A stretch of 52,562 nt of DNA. Origin: Candidatus Zambryskiibacteriota bacterium. Its GTDB lineage: Bacteria; Patescibacteriota; Minisyncoccia; Phycocordibacterales; Zambryskibacteraceae. Both the position numbers and the translations under genes were made by a program. Shown piece by piece: positions 28,080 through 37,907 of this stretch (position 1 is the first letter of the stretch; each line of letters opens with the position of its first letter). The notes under the pieces are model-generated. The model was not told the DNA's origin. It did no database searches and saw only the letters and a list, made by a program, of their open reading frames with translations. The DNA lies in contig JACPAD010000004.1 of NCBI GenBank assembly GCA_016180955.1, forward strand, positions 1 through 52,562. Reading direction: 5' to 3'.

Positions 28080-30809
28080 ATGCATGAGTACAATCCTAAA
28101 AAGATAGAGAGTAAATGGCAGCAAGAGTGGAAAAAATCTGGAATTTACCAAGCTGAAGATTCTTCAAGGAAACCGAAATACTATGCACTCATAGAATTCC
28201 CATATCCTTCCGGAGACGGTCTTCATGTTGGGCACCCTCGTCCGTACATAGGCCTTGATGTTATTTCGAGGAAGAGAAGAATGGAAGGCTATAATGTGCT
28301 TTATCCTATTGGTTGGGATGCTTTCGGCTTACCGACAGAGAATTACGCTATCAAAACTGGCAAGAATCCGCGGCAGGTTACGAAAGAAAATACCAATACT
28401 TTTCGTCGTCAGATCCAGTCACTTGGCATTTCTTTCGACTGGTCGCGCGAGATTAACACCACTGACCCGAAGTATTACAAATGGACGCAGTGGATATTTC
28501 TAAAATTTTTAGAGAAAGGTCTGGCCTATAAAGCAAAGGTAGCTATTAATTGGTGTCCGAGTTGTAAGATCGGCTTGGCAAACGAAGAGGTGCTGACCCA
28601 TTCGACAAGCTCAGGGCAAGCGGCTGTGTGTGAGCGTTGCGGCACCCCTGTAGAACAGAAAGAAAAAGAGCAGTGGATGCTCGCTATTACAAAATACGCA
28701 GACAAACTTCTCTCTGGTTTAGACGAAGTAGACTATCCGGAGAGAGTAAAAGTGCAACAGAGAAATTGGATAGGGAAATCTGAAGGTGCGCTTATAAAAT
28801 TTGATGATGTAGAAGTCTTCACTACTCGTCCGGATACTATTTTTGGAGCAACTTTTGTAGTTGTTGCAGGCAAGGAGGATAAATTTACCGGCAGATATGT
28901 TACTAATCCAGCTACCAACGAAGAGATTCCGATTTGGGAAGCTGAATATGTATATGGTGATTATGGCACCGGAGCCATTATGGCTGTGCCGGCACACGAC
29001 GAGCGTGACTATGAATTTGCCAAGAAGCATGACTTGCCGATAAGGCATGTAATAATTCCCAAGCTTACCGATCCCAGCAATCCGCATCAGGAAGGAAAAG
29101 AAACAATTTTCAGAAATGCGGTAATTGTAATAGTTCGCAACCCTAAAACGAATGAAATTCTTACTCTGAAGTGGAAGAAACTCCCATGGACTACATTCGT
29201 GATGGGAGGTATTGAAGAAGGGGAGACTCCGGAAGAAGCTGCAATAAGAGAAATTAAGGAAGAAACAGGATACAAGAACGTAAAAATTATAAAACTTCTT
29301 GGCGGCCCGGTACATAATGAGTTTTTCGCTACGCACAAAGATGAGAATCGCATCGCGCATACCCAAGGAGTACTTGCAGAGCTTATTGATGAAGAGAGAG
29401 ATGAAGTTTCAGAAGAAGAGAAGTATAAGTACGAACTCGTCTGGATACCTGACAGTGAGATTGCTCCAGAAGAACTCAAACATACTGAGGCAGGAGAGCT
29501 TTTAAACAGGATTAATTTAGATTCTGCGTATACAGGGGAAGGAATTCTCATAAATTCTGACGGCTTTGATGGACTGGAAAGCGAAGAAGCTAGAGAAAAA
29601 ATTACAGAAAAGTTCGGCAAGAAAGTTATTAAATACAAGCTTCGAGACTGGATTTTCTCTAGGCAGAGATATTGGGGAGAGCCCATACCGGTCGTGCATT
29701 GTGACGAATGCGGTATTGTGCCCATTCCGGAAAAAGATCTGCCGGTAACACTTCCGGAGGTTGAGAATTATCAGCCGACTGATACAGGAGAATCTCCGCT
29801 CGTAAATATAACCGATTGGGTCAATACCACTTGCCCGAAATGTGGAGGCGAGGCTAAAAGGGAGACAGATGTGATGCCCAATTGGGCTGGTTCCTCGTGG
29901 TACTTCTTGCGCTACACCGATCCGGAGAATGACCAAGCTCTAGCAGATAAAAAGAAACTGGAATACTGGATACCGGTGGATTGGTACAACGGTGGCATGG
30001 AACACACCGTTCTCCATCTTCTCTACTCTCGCTTTTGGAATAAATTCCTGTATGACATTGGTGTAGTGCCGGTCGATGAGCCATACAAGAAACGTACATC
30101 ACACGGTCTTATCTTGGCCGAAGGAGGGGAAAAGATGAGCAAATCGAAAGGCAACGTGATAAATCCTGACTCTATCGTAGAACGGTTTGGGGCCGATACT
30201 TTGCGCCTCTATGAGATGTTCATGGGTCCGTTCGAGCAAGCGATAGAGTGGAATGACAGTTCGCTCGCTGGACCGAGAAGATTTTTGGAAAGAGTCTGGC
30301 GACTTAGAGGTCGGACCTCAAATGCTGATTCCAGAGGTCCGACCTCTGGGAGCGAGGTCTTAATACACTCAACCATCAAAAAGGTTTCTGAAGATATTGA
30401 GGCACTCGGATTCAATACTGCTGTTTCAACATTAATGATCTTTGCTAACGACCTCGAAAAGCGAGAGAAAATTTCTAAAGAAGAATACGAAACTTTACTA
30501 AAACTTCTTGCACCATTCGCGCCACACATAATGGAAGAATTGTGGCGCGAGCTTGGGCACCTCGATTCAATTCACAAAGAAAAATGGCCCGAGTACGATG
30601 AAACAAAACTGGTGTCGGAGAATGTTACAATCGTGGTACAGGTCAATGGTAAGGTGAGAGGAAGCCTCACGGCTCCTAGAGATGTAGAAGAAAGCGCAGC
30701 GGTAAAAAACGCTCTGGATTTGCCAGAGATCAAAAAATGGCTTGGGGATAAAAATGTTGAAAAGTCCATCTATGTCCCTAGAAAACTTGTCAATATTGTG
30801 GTTTCCTGA
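28080..30809 (+). CDS. leuS: Leucine--tRNA ligase with NUDIX domain inserted in a reduced CP1 region
   Basis: FPYPSGDGLHVGH, GWDAFGLP, SRQRYWGEPIP, KMSKS; Nudix box GGIEEGETPEEAAIREIKEETG. Confidence 0.95.
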   Translation: MHEYNPKKIESKWQQEWKKSGIYQAEDSSRKPKYYALIEFPYPSGDGLHVGHPRPYIGLDVISRKRRMEGYNVLYPIGWDAFGLPTENYAIKTGKNPRQVTKENTNTFRRQIQSLGISFDWSREINTTDPKYYKWTQWIFLKFLEKGLAYKAKVAINWCPSCKIGLANEEVLTHSTSSGQAAVCERCGTPVEQKEKEQWMLAITKYADKLLSGLDEVDYPERVKVQQRNWIGKSEGALIKFDDVEVFTTRPDTIFGATFVVVAGKEDKFTGRYVTNPATNEEIPIWEAEYVYGDYGTGAIMAVPAHDERDYEFAKKHDLPIRHVIIPKLTDPSNPHQEGKETIFRNAVIVIVRNPKTNEILTLKWKKLPWTTFVMGGIEEGETPEEAAIREIKEETGYKNVKIIKLLGGPVHNEFFATHKDENRIAHTQGVLAELIDEERDEVSEEEKYKYELVWIPDSEIAPEELKHTEAGELLNRINLDSAYTGEGILINSDGFDGLESEEAREKITEKFGKKVIKYKLRDWIFSRQRYWGEPIPVVHCDECGIVPIPEKDLPVTLPEVENYQPTDTGESPLVNITDWVNTTCPKCGGEAKRETDVMPNWAGSSWYFLRYTDPENDQALADKKKLEYWIPVDWYNGGMEHTVLHLLYSRFWNKFLYDIGVVPVDEPYKKRTSHGLILAEGGEKMSKSKGNVINPDSIVERFGADTLRLYEMFMGPFEQAIEWNDSSLAGPRRFLERVWRLRGRTSNADSRGPTSGSEVLIHSTIKKVSEDIEALGFNTAVSTLMIFANDLEKREKISKEEYETLLKLLAPFAPHIMEELWRELGHLDSIHKEKWPEYDETKLVSENVTIVVQVNGKVRGSLTAPRDVEESAAVKNALDLPEIKKWLGDKNVEKSIYVPRKLVNIVVS

Positions 30810-30854
30810 CCTCGCTTGACATAATATTCTGGCAGTGATAGAAATAGGTTAAAT

Positions 30855-31889
30855 ATGATAAAGATCGACCTAAGCTTCAAACCGAAAGAGGTGACCAAGC
30901 GCCTTTTGTCCGCTCTGCCGAAACGCGCTCAAGATGTTATCACCAGCCGTTATGGGCTGGGGGCCAAAGCGACTCGTCTTACTCTCGACGCCATCGGCAA
31001 GAAATATAATATTACTCGCGAGCGTGTGCGCCAGATCGAGAATCATTCTCTCTCCGCCATCAGGAAGTCGAAGCAATACGAAGAAGGGGGAACAATCTTT
31101 GCCGAGCTCAAGGCTGTCATAGTAGAACTTGGCGGCCTTGTTGCCGAGAAAGACCTCTTGAAGCATTTGGCCAAAGACCCAAGTACGCAAAACCATTTCC
31201 ATTTTCTCTTGGTAATTGGCGAAGAATTCAAGCGCGAAAAAGAGGACGATGAGTTTAGACATCGCTGGCATATTGACCAAGAACTGGCGGATAAAATTCA
31301 CAACGGTTTGCGCAAGCTCTATTCCAAACTTTCTGACAATGAACTGGTCTTTGAAGGCGATTTGATCAGCTCTTTCTTGGAGGAGGTCAAAGATATCAAT
31401 GAAAAGTACAAGAACGAAGAAGTCATCAAGCGCTGGCTCTCCATCTCCCACAAAATTGGTAAGAATCCTTTAGGCGAATGGGGGCGCGCTTCATCGCCCA
31501 ACGTCAATGCCAAAGGCATGCGCGACTACGCCTTTCTTGTCATACGCAAGCACGGCTCGCCAATCCACTTCAAGGAAGTGGCTAAGGCCATCTCGCAATA
31601 TTTCAATAAGAAAGCCCATGTGGCTACTACCCACAACGAGCTCATCAAGGACTCGCGCTTCGTGCTTGTTGGCCGCGGCCTCTATGCACTCGCCGAATGG
31701 GGCTATATGTCCGGCGTGGTCAAGGATGTCATCAAAAAAATTTTGGAAAAAGAAGGGCCTTTAACCAAAGAAAAAATTGTCGAAAAAGTTTTGAAAGAAC
31801 GCTACGTTAAAGAAAACACCATTCTCGTCAATCTCCAGAACCCGAGATATTTCAAAAAAGACAAAGAGAGTCGCTACTCAAACGTGTAG
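30855..31889 (+). CDS. Sigma-70 region 4 HTH plus HARE-HTH-like winged-helix protein
   Basis: RYGL...TLDAIGKKYNITRERVRQIE; HNELIKDSRFVLVGRGLYALAEWGY. Confidence 0.75.
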   Translation: MIKIDLSFKPKEVTKRLLSALPKRAQDVITSRYGLGAKATRLTLDAIGKKYNITRERVRQIENHSLSAIRKSKQYEEGGTIFAELKAVIVELGGLVAEKDLLKHLAKDPSTQNHFHFLLVIGEEFKREKEDDEFRHRWHIDQELADKIHNGLRKLYSKLSDNELVFEGDLISSFLEEVKDINEKYKNEEVIKRWLSISHKIGKNPLGEWGRASSPNVNAKGMRDYAFLVIRKHGSPIHFKEVAKAISQYFNKKAHVATTHNELIKDSRFVLVGRGLYALAEWGYMSGVVKDVIKKILEKEGPLTKEKIVEKVLKERYVKENTILVNLQNPRYFKKDKESRYSNV

Positions 31890-31909
31890 AATCCGTGTAG
31901 AATGAAAGA

Positions 31910-33157
31910 ATGCTAGAAGACTTCTTATCTCTTTTTGAACAAGAAGTATTTTTACAAACTCTGGATATCCTTGTTAGGTCATGGCCCATATGGCTTCCTG
32001 TTCTCTCGCTCAACATCGCTTTCCATCTGTGGTTAGATTATATCCGCCGCCTTTGGATGAATGAGCAAGGCAGCGTTCTCCTTGAAATAAAAATTCCCAA
32101 AGACGTGCCCAAAACGCCGGCCGGCATGGAGTTCGTATTCGATGGGCTCTGGGAACCGGCGGCCTTAAGCACCCCCGCTGACACCTTTTGGGAAGGGAAG
32201 CTGCGCGACTGGTTTTCTCTAGAGATAGTTTCTATCGGAGGAGAGGTGAAATTTTTCATCTGGTCTTTGCCGCGCTGGAAAAAAATCATTGAATCAAGAA
32301 TTTACGCTCAATATCCGGGCGCTCAGGTTGTCGAGGTCAAGGACTACGCCCTCGACCTTGTCTATGACCCGGAGAAGTTTAGTTACTGGGGCATTACCAC
32401 CAAGCTCAACAAGCCAGACGCTTATCCCATCAAGACCTATATTGATTATCAGCTCGATAAAACCAAGCTGAAGGAACAGGAAGAAGCGGTCGATCCATTG
32501 ACGCCTCTTATCGAGTATCTCGGCACCTTAAAATCTGGCGAGATTGCCGGCATTCAAATAATGATACAAGCACATAGGAAGGAGGGGCTCCTCGATGCCA
32601 AGCTTCTTTTGAAGCCGGACTGGAAAGGCGGAATCAAGGATGAGATTAAAAAAATCATCGAGGAAGAATCTTTCATTAAGCCGGAAGAAGGTAAATCCCA
32701 GAGCATGATGACTCTCTCCGAGAGTCAAAAAGACACCATTAAGTCGATAGAACGCAATGCCGGCAAACTTGCCTTCGATGCCATGATGCGCATGCTCTAC
32801 GTCGCTCCCAAAGATGATTATGAGAAGACCAGAGGCATGGGGCTTATCGGCTCAACGCGGCAGTTCGGCACTCATAATTTAAATGGCATCAGGCCGGATA
32901 AATTCATGAGCATCACTCACGCCTGGCAGGACTTCAACGACATTATGAAAAGAAAATTGCAGAGAACGCACCTCAATGCCTACAAACGACGCTCGTTCTT
33001 CAATATTCCTTACAAGAATCTCAACGGCAAGTCCTACATTCTAACTACCGAAGAACTAGCCACGCTTTTCCACCTGCCGGGGGCTATGGCTACCACGCCC
33101 ACCCTCTCCCGCGCTCCGTCGAAGAAGGCGGAAGCACCCGCGAATCTGCCGATTTAG
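31910..33157 (+). CDS. Membrane-anchored hypothetical protein
   Basis: N-terminal TM, LLEIKIPK, FSLEIVS, YAQYP, YPIKTY, EELATLFHLP, APANLP. Confidence 0.65.
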   Translation: MLEDFLSLFEQEVFLQTLDILVRSWPIWLPVLSLNIAFHLWLDYIRRLWMNEQGSVLLEIKIPKDVPKTPAGMEFVFDGLWEPAALSTPADTFWEGKLRDWFSLEIVSIGGEVKFFIWSLPRWKKIIESRIYAQYPGAQVVEVKDYALDLVYDPEKFSYWGITTKLNKPDAYPIKTYIDYQLDKTKLKEQEEAVDPLTPLIEYLGTLKSGEIAGIQIMIQAHRKEGLLDAKLLLKPDWKGGIKDEIKKIIEEESFIKPEEGKSQSMMTLSESQKDTIKSIERNAGKLAFDAMMRMLYVAPKDDYEKTRGMGLIGSTRQFGTHNLNGIRPDKFMSITHAWQDFNDIMKRKLQRTHLNAYKRRSFFNIPYKNLNGKSYILTTEELATLFHLPGAMATTPTLSRAPSKKAEAPANLPI

Positions 33158-33158
33158 T

Positions 33159-34040
33159 ATGAATCTTTTACTTCAAGATAGACGCCTCTATCTGTTCATA
33201 TTAGGAATTATCTTTTTATTGATAGTCTGGTCCCTTATGCCTCCCCAATCGTTCCCGACCGGTTCGATCATTACCGTGCCTGAAGGCGCAGGACTTTATT
33301 CCTTAAGCAAACTACTCGAAGAAGAAAACGTCATACGCTCTCCGTTCTGGTTCCGTACCGTTTCCATTCTTTTGCGTGGAGAAAAGGAGATGAAAGCGGG
33401 GCAATATTATCTCAACCGGTCGCAAAGCACCTTCGGCTTAGCTTGGCGAATCTTCCGCGGCGACCATCGTATCGAGACCGTCAAATTGACTATACCGGAG
33501 GGTTTTACCGTAAACAAAATTTCGGCCCTCTTCGACAACGAAAAGTTTTCTTTCTTTGACAACGACCTCTTCGAGCGCATCGCGCCCGAAGGCTACCTCT
33601 TCCCCGATACTTATTTCGTGCCGGTAACGGCTACCGCCTCTTCGACCATAAAACTCTTTCGCGACAACTTCACGAAGAAGGTCTTCCCAGTGATGCCGGA
33701 GATAGAGCTCTCCGGACGCACTCTTGAAGAAATCATAATCGTAGCCTCGCTTATTGAGGGAGAGGCCAACAATCAGGAAGATCGGGAGATGGTCTCGGAT
33801 GTGCTCTGGAAACGGTTAAAACTCGGTATGCCTCTGCAAGTTGATGTGGAGACGAAGACATACGAATTTCAAGGCCTGCCGGAGCGGCCAATCAACAACC
33901 CCGGCCTTCTTTCTATACAAGCGACTCTTCATCCGACTACCACGCCATATCTTTACTACTTGACCGGCGACAACGGGCAAATGTACTATTCTCGTACTTT
34001 CGATGAACATGTCGCCAAAAAACAGCAGTATATCCAGTAA
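33159..34040 (+). CDS. mltG: Endolytic transglycosylase MltG
   Basis: TIPEG, EGYLFPDTY, ASLIEGEA, MPLQVD, GLPERPINNPG, YLYY. Confidence 0.9.
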   Translation: MNLLLQDRRLYLFILGIIFLLIVWSLMPPQSFPTGSIITVPEGAGLYSLSKLLEEENVIRSPFWFRTVSILLRGEKEMKAGQYYLNRSQSTFGLAWRIFRGDHRIETVKLTIPEGFTVNKISALFDNEKFSFFDNDLFERIAPEGYLFPDTYFVPVTATASSTIKLFRDNFTKKVFPVMPEIELSGRTLEEIIIVASLIEGEANNQEDREMVSDVLWKRLKLGMPLQVDVETKTYEFQGLPERPINNPGLLSIQATLHPTTTPYLYYLTGDNGQMYYSRTFDEHVAKKQQYIQ

Positions 34041-35073
34041 GGTTTTTGTAGCTTTGTCCGGAGGCGTAGATTCTGCTGTAAGTGCAGCGCTTTTAAAAGC
34101 CCAAGGTTACGACGTTACTGGAGTATTTATTAAAGGTTGGCAGCCCGAGTGGATGAGAGGAGCCGGGGGCTCGTCTCATTGCACTTGGCGGGAAGAGCGG
34201 CGCGACGCTATGAAGGTCTGTATTGCGCTTAATATTCCGTTTCTCTTCTTTGATTTTGAAAAGGAATACAAGCAAGCAGTGGTGGACAAAATGCTTGCCG
34301 AATACAAAGCAGGACGGACGCCCAATCCGGACGTGCTATGTAACCGCGAAATCAAATTCGGAATCTTTTGGCAGAAAGCGAAAGAAATGGGGGCTGACTA
34401 TATCGCCACCGGACATTATTGGAGCGGAGAGAAAGATCAGAGTTATTTTCTTTGGACCTTAACACAGGAGGATCTCTCACATACGCTTTTCCCGGTTGGG
34501 AATCTGGAGAAATCGGAAGTAAGAAGGCTCGCGCGAAAATATAAACTGCCGGTAGCGGAGAAGAAAGATAGTCAGGGCATCTGCTTCATCGGTGACGTCA
34601 ACATGGAAAAATTTCTCTCGCACTACATCGAGACCAAACCAGGTAGAGTTATGAACACGGATGGAGAAGTGATAGGGAAGCATAAAGGTCTTATCTACTA
34701 CACCATTGGAGAGAGGCACGGGTTTGAAGTAACAAAAAAGGGTCCGGAGAGCGGGCCGTTCTACGTGGTGGCCAAAAATGCGAGGACTAATAGTATTCTG
34801 GTATCGGATAGTGAATCGGAAATTCTCGAGCTCTCGCCCCGAGAGGTGCTTCTCAAAGATGTGAATTGGATTAATGAACCGGAATCAGAAGAACTCATCG
34901 CAAGAATTCGTTACAGAGGAGAAAAATTACCCTGCGCACTCTCTCTTTCTGGTAAGAAACTTTCTATCAGGTTTAAAGAACCGGTCCGCGGTCTATCGCT
35001 CGGTCAATCGATTGTCTTCTATTCTAGCGACCACTGCCTTGGTGGCGCAATAATGGATAAGGTTTTAGTATAA
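34003..35073 (+). CDS. mnmA: tRNA 2-thiouridylase
   Basis: SGGVDSAV, RTPNPDVLCN, ATGHY, KDQSYFL, DSQGICF, YTIGER. Confidence 0.95.
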   Translation: MNMSPKNSSISSKVFVALSGGVDSAVSAALLKAQGYDVTGVFIKGWQPEWMRGAGGSSHCTWREERRDAMKVCIALNIPFLFFDFEKEYKQAVVDKMLAEYKAGRTPNPDVLCNREIKFGIFWQKAKEMGADYIATGHYWSGEKDQSYFLWTLTQEDLSHTLFPVGNLEKSEVRRLARKYKLPVAEKKDSQGICFIGDVNMEKFLSHYIETKPGRVMNTDGEVIGKHKGLIYYTIGERHGFEVTKKGPESGPFYVVAKNARTNSILVSDSESEILELSPREVLLKDVNWINEPESEELIARIRYRGEKLPCALSLSGKKLSIRFKEPVRGLSLGQSIVFYSSDHCLGGAIMDKVLV

Positions 35074-35111
35074 AACCTCTTTTGCTTTTTCAAATCTGAT
35101 ATAATTAAAAT

Positions 35112-35984
35112 ATGTCAGAGATAGTGCAAGAAGTGCGGAAGTCAAAAGCGGCGGGTGCGGAAGAGATAACCATCGTCAAGGCCAATGGCCAGCGCGAAAC
35201 TTTCGACCCGGAAAAATTAAAGGCCTCGCTTTACCACTCCGGTGCGGCGGAAGAAGCTATTGAGCAAGTAATGACGCATGTTTTGCCCGAGCTTCATGAC
35301 GGCATGTCAACGCACGATATCTATCGGCACGCTTTCTTGGTTCTTCAAGGCATAAGTAGGCCGGTGGCGAGAAGCTATTCTCTGCGCCGGGCGGTTATGG
35401 ACCTGGGACCGTCTGGCTTTCCCTTCGAGGATTTTGTGGCGGAGATTTTGCGGGCCAAGGGTTTCCAGTGCCTGACTCGCCAGACGGTGCTCGGGGGATG
35501 CGTGTCACACGAAGTGGATGTGGTCGCTTATAACGACGTCAAGCTGATGATGGTAGAAGCCAAATTCCACAACGAGCTCGGCACCAAGTCTGACTTAAAA
35601 GTCGTTCTCTACATTAAAGCGCGATTTGATGACCTTAAAGAAAATGTTTTTGACTACGGCGGTAAGAATCGACCCATTACCGACAGCTGGCTTATTACCA
35701 ATACTAAGTTCACAAGCACGGCCATCCACTATGGCCTCTGCCAAAATCTGACGATGATAGGTTGGAACTATCCGGAGAAAGGCAGCCTTCAGGATATGAT
35801 AGAAGAAGAAAGACTTCATCCGATCACCTGCCTCACCACTCTCTCGGAGTCAGAGAAAAATCAGCTGCTTTCAGGCGGAGTGGCGCTCTGCTCGAGCGTG
35901 AAGTCGAATCCGAAAATCCTCTCGACAATCCTTGGAGTTAACTTCGGCTCTCAAGCGGTTCTTAACGAGATAAACGAATTGTGA
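35112..35984 (+). CDS. ATP-cone plus restriction-endonuclease-like (Mrr-type) domain protein
   Basis: IVKANGQRETFDPEKL (ATP cone); GFPFE..HEVDVVA..VEAK; LITNTKFT. Confidence 0.78.
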   Translation: MSEIVQEVRKSKAAGAEEITIVKANGQRETFDPEKLKASLYHSGAAEEAIEQVMTHVLPELHDGMSTHDIYRHAFLVLQGISRPVARSYSLRRAVMDLGPSGFPFEDFVAEILRAKGFQCLTRQTVLGGCVSHEVDVVAYNDVKLMMVEAKFHNELGTKSDLKVVLYIKARFDDLKENVFDYGGKNRPITDSWLITNTKFTSTAIHYGLCQNLTMIGWNYPEKGSLQDMIEEERLHPITCLTTLSESEKNQLLSGGVALCSSVKSNPKILSTILGVNFGSQAVLNEINEL

Positions 35985-36580
35985 AGATATCTGTGGCGGA
36001 TGAGAGGGATATAGCTTTAAAAAAAATCAAGGATGAGATTGTCGCTCTTAAAAGCTCGCCGCTTTATGAAGAGCGCGTTAAAAATAGATATTTTCCGGTT
36101 ATTGGAGAAGGGAGCCATACGGCCGAAATAATGTTTATCGGGGAGGCGCCGGGGGAGAATGAAGCTAAGACCGGCCGGCCTTTCTGCGGGCGGGCGGGCA
36201 AAGTTCTGGAAGAACTTTTAATATCTGTGGATATAGAGAGAAAAGATGTCTACATTACCAATATTGTCAAAGACCGCCCGCCCGGCAATCGTGACCCTTT
36301 GCCTGACGAAATTTCTCTATACGCGCCGTTTCTAGACAGACAAATTGAAATCATCAAACCGAAAGTAATTGCCACTCTCGGTCGGTTTTCGATGCAGTAC
36401 GTCATGAATCGCTATGGCCTTGAGTGGGAACTGGCGCCCATCAGTATTTTGCATGGTAAAGTATTTAAAGTGGAAAAATTTAAATTTATTCCTCTTTACC
36501 ACCCCGCCGCGGCAATTTATAATCAAGAGCTTTTGAAGGTGTTGAAAAACGATTTCCAAATTCTTTCTTCCATGTTATAA
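35981..36580 (+). CDS. Uracil-DNA glycosylase family 4
   Basis: GEAPGENE..GRPFCG, YITNIVKDRPPGNRDP, LYHPAA. Confidence 0.92.
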   Translation: MKISVADERDIALKKIKDEIVALKSSPLYEERVKNRYFPVIGEGSHTAEIMFIGEAPGENEAKTGRPFCGRAGKVLEELLISVDIERKDVYITNIVKDRPPGNRDPLPDEISLYAPFLDRQIEIIKPKVIATLGRFSMQYVMNRYGLEWELAPISILHGKVFKVEKFKFIPLYHPAAAIYNQELLKVLKNDFQILSSML

Positions 36581-36600
36581 TAAAAAATAGGAGGGTCTCT

Positions 36601-36720
36601 ATGGAGCCGTGGCAAATGCTTATCCGTGGACATCGCTGGCGTTACAAATCAGTGATTTTCTATCGGCGAGTTCACGACTTCTTCGAGGACCTGTTTGGGA
36701 AAATTTGGGCGACGCCATAG
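36601..36720 (+). CDS. 39-aa orphan peptide (not in ORF track)
   Basis: TGTTATAAT, then AGGAGG SD, MEPWQMLIRGHRWRYKSVIFYRRVHDFFEDLFGKIWATP; stop lies in the hairpin TGGGCGACGCC-ATA-GGCGTCGCCCA. Confidence 0.5.
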   Translation: MEPWQMLIRGHRWRYKSVIFYRRVHDFFEDLFGKIWATP

Positions 36721-36758
36721 GCGTCGCCCACCTTGTTTTATATGTTAATATGCTTTTT

Positions 36759-37889
36759 ATGCTTTCGAATGAGATTAGAGAGAAGTTCCTAAGATTTTTT
36801 GAGAAGAGGGGACACCGCGTTGTTCCTTCCGCATCGCTTGTGCCAACGGACGATCCGTCCGTTCTTTTTACCACTGCCGGTATGCAGCAATTTAAATCAC
36901 ATTTTATTGGTCTTAGAAATGCTAAAGATGATTTCGGCTCTTTAAATCTGACTTCAAGCCAGAAATGTGTACGCACTTCAGATATCGAAGAAGTTGGCGA
37001 CAAGAGCCACCTGACATTTTTTGAGATGCTAGGCAACTTTTCCTTCGATGGTTATTGGAAGAAAGAGGCGATAGAATATGCTTACGACCTTATTACCAAA
37101 GAGATCGATTTAAAGATAGATTATGTATCTGTCTTCGGCGGCGAAGGAAATGTTCCGGAAGATACAGAATCAGCGGAAATATGGAGGTCTATCGATCCGG
37201 AAATCACGATTAAAAAATTCGGCAGGAGCGACAATTTCTGGGGTCCTACGGGAGAAGAGGGTCCGTGCGGTCCAACAACCGAAATTTATATCGACGGTAT
37301 TGAGATCTGGAATATTGTTTTCAACGAGTATTACCAAAGCCAAGATAAGACGCTTATTCCGCTTAAAACAAAAGGGGTTGATACAGGTATGGGGCTCGAG
37401 AGATTGGTGAAGGTCGTACAAAAGACCGAGACAGTTTTCGAAACCGATCTGTTTCTGCCTATTGTGCAAGTAGCTAATTCAAGAATTGTCGCCGACCATA
37501 TTCGCACCTCTTGCTTTATGATTACGGATGGCATCACTCCGTCAAATACCGGTCGCGGATACGTTTTGCGTCGGCTCTTGCGCCGAGCTTACGTGAAGAA
37601 TAAAGAAATAAATCCAATCATTGATGCAATAGTTAATCATCCAAGCTACCTTGGTCTCTACGCTTTTACTCCGAATACCAAAGAGGTTGTGGCTCTTGAA
37701 CTAGAAAAATTCCAGAAAACTCTCGATGCTGGTCTCAAGCGGATAGGAAAAGGCGAGGACCCATTCATACTTTTTACCAGCTATGGCTTGCCGCTCGAGA
37801 TTATCGAGGAAGTGACATCGGTAGATAAAGAAAAATTTGAAAGGCAGATGGCGGAGCACAAAGAGAAGTCTGGCGTCTGGAAAGAATAG
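36759..37889 (+). CDS. alaS: Alanine--tRNA ligase, aminoacylation domain only (376 aa)
   Basis: FTTAGMQQFK, SQKCVR, HLTFFEMLGNFS, GPCGP, DTGMGLER, DHIR, GRGYVLRRLLRR; ends before the editing domain. Confidence 0.92.
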   Translation: MLSNEIREKFLRFFEKRGHRVVPSASLVPTDDPSVLFTTAGMQQFKSHFIGLRNAKDDFGSLNLTSSQKCVRTSDIEEVGDKSHLTFFEMLGNFSFDGYWKKEAIEYAYDLITKEIDLKIDYVSVFGGEGNVPEDTESAEIWRSIDPEITIKKFGRSDNFWGPTGEEGPCGPTTEIYIDGIEIWNIVFNEYYQSQDKTLIPLKTKGVDTGMGLERLVKVVQKTETVFETDLFLPIVQVANSRIVADHIRTSCFMITDGITPSNTGRGYVLRRLLRRAYVKNKEINPIIDAIVNHPSYLGLYAFTPNTKEVVALELEKFQKTLDAGLKRIGKGEDPFILFTSYGLPLEIIEEVTSVDKEKFERQMAEHKEKSGVWKE

Positions 37890-37907
37890 TTATGTTATAA
37901 TTTTCCT

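Noticed and set aside
28719-30769. Long antisense ORFs over leuS (also 30870-31451 and 50082-50807)
   Set aside because: They fully overlap well-supported genes, have no motifs or expression signals, and are consistent with codon-bias shadows.
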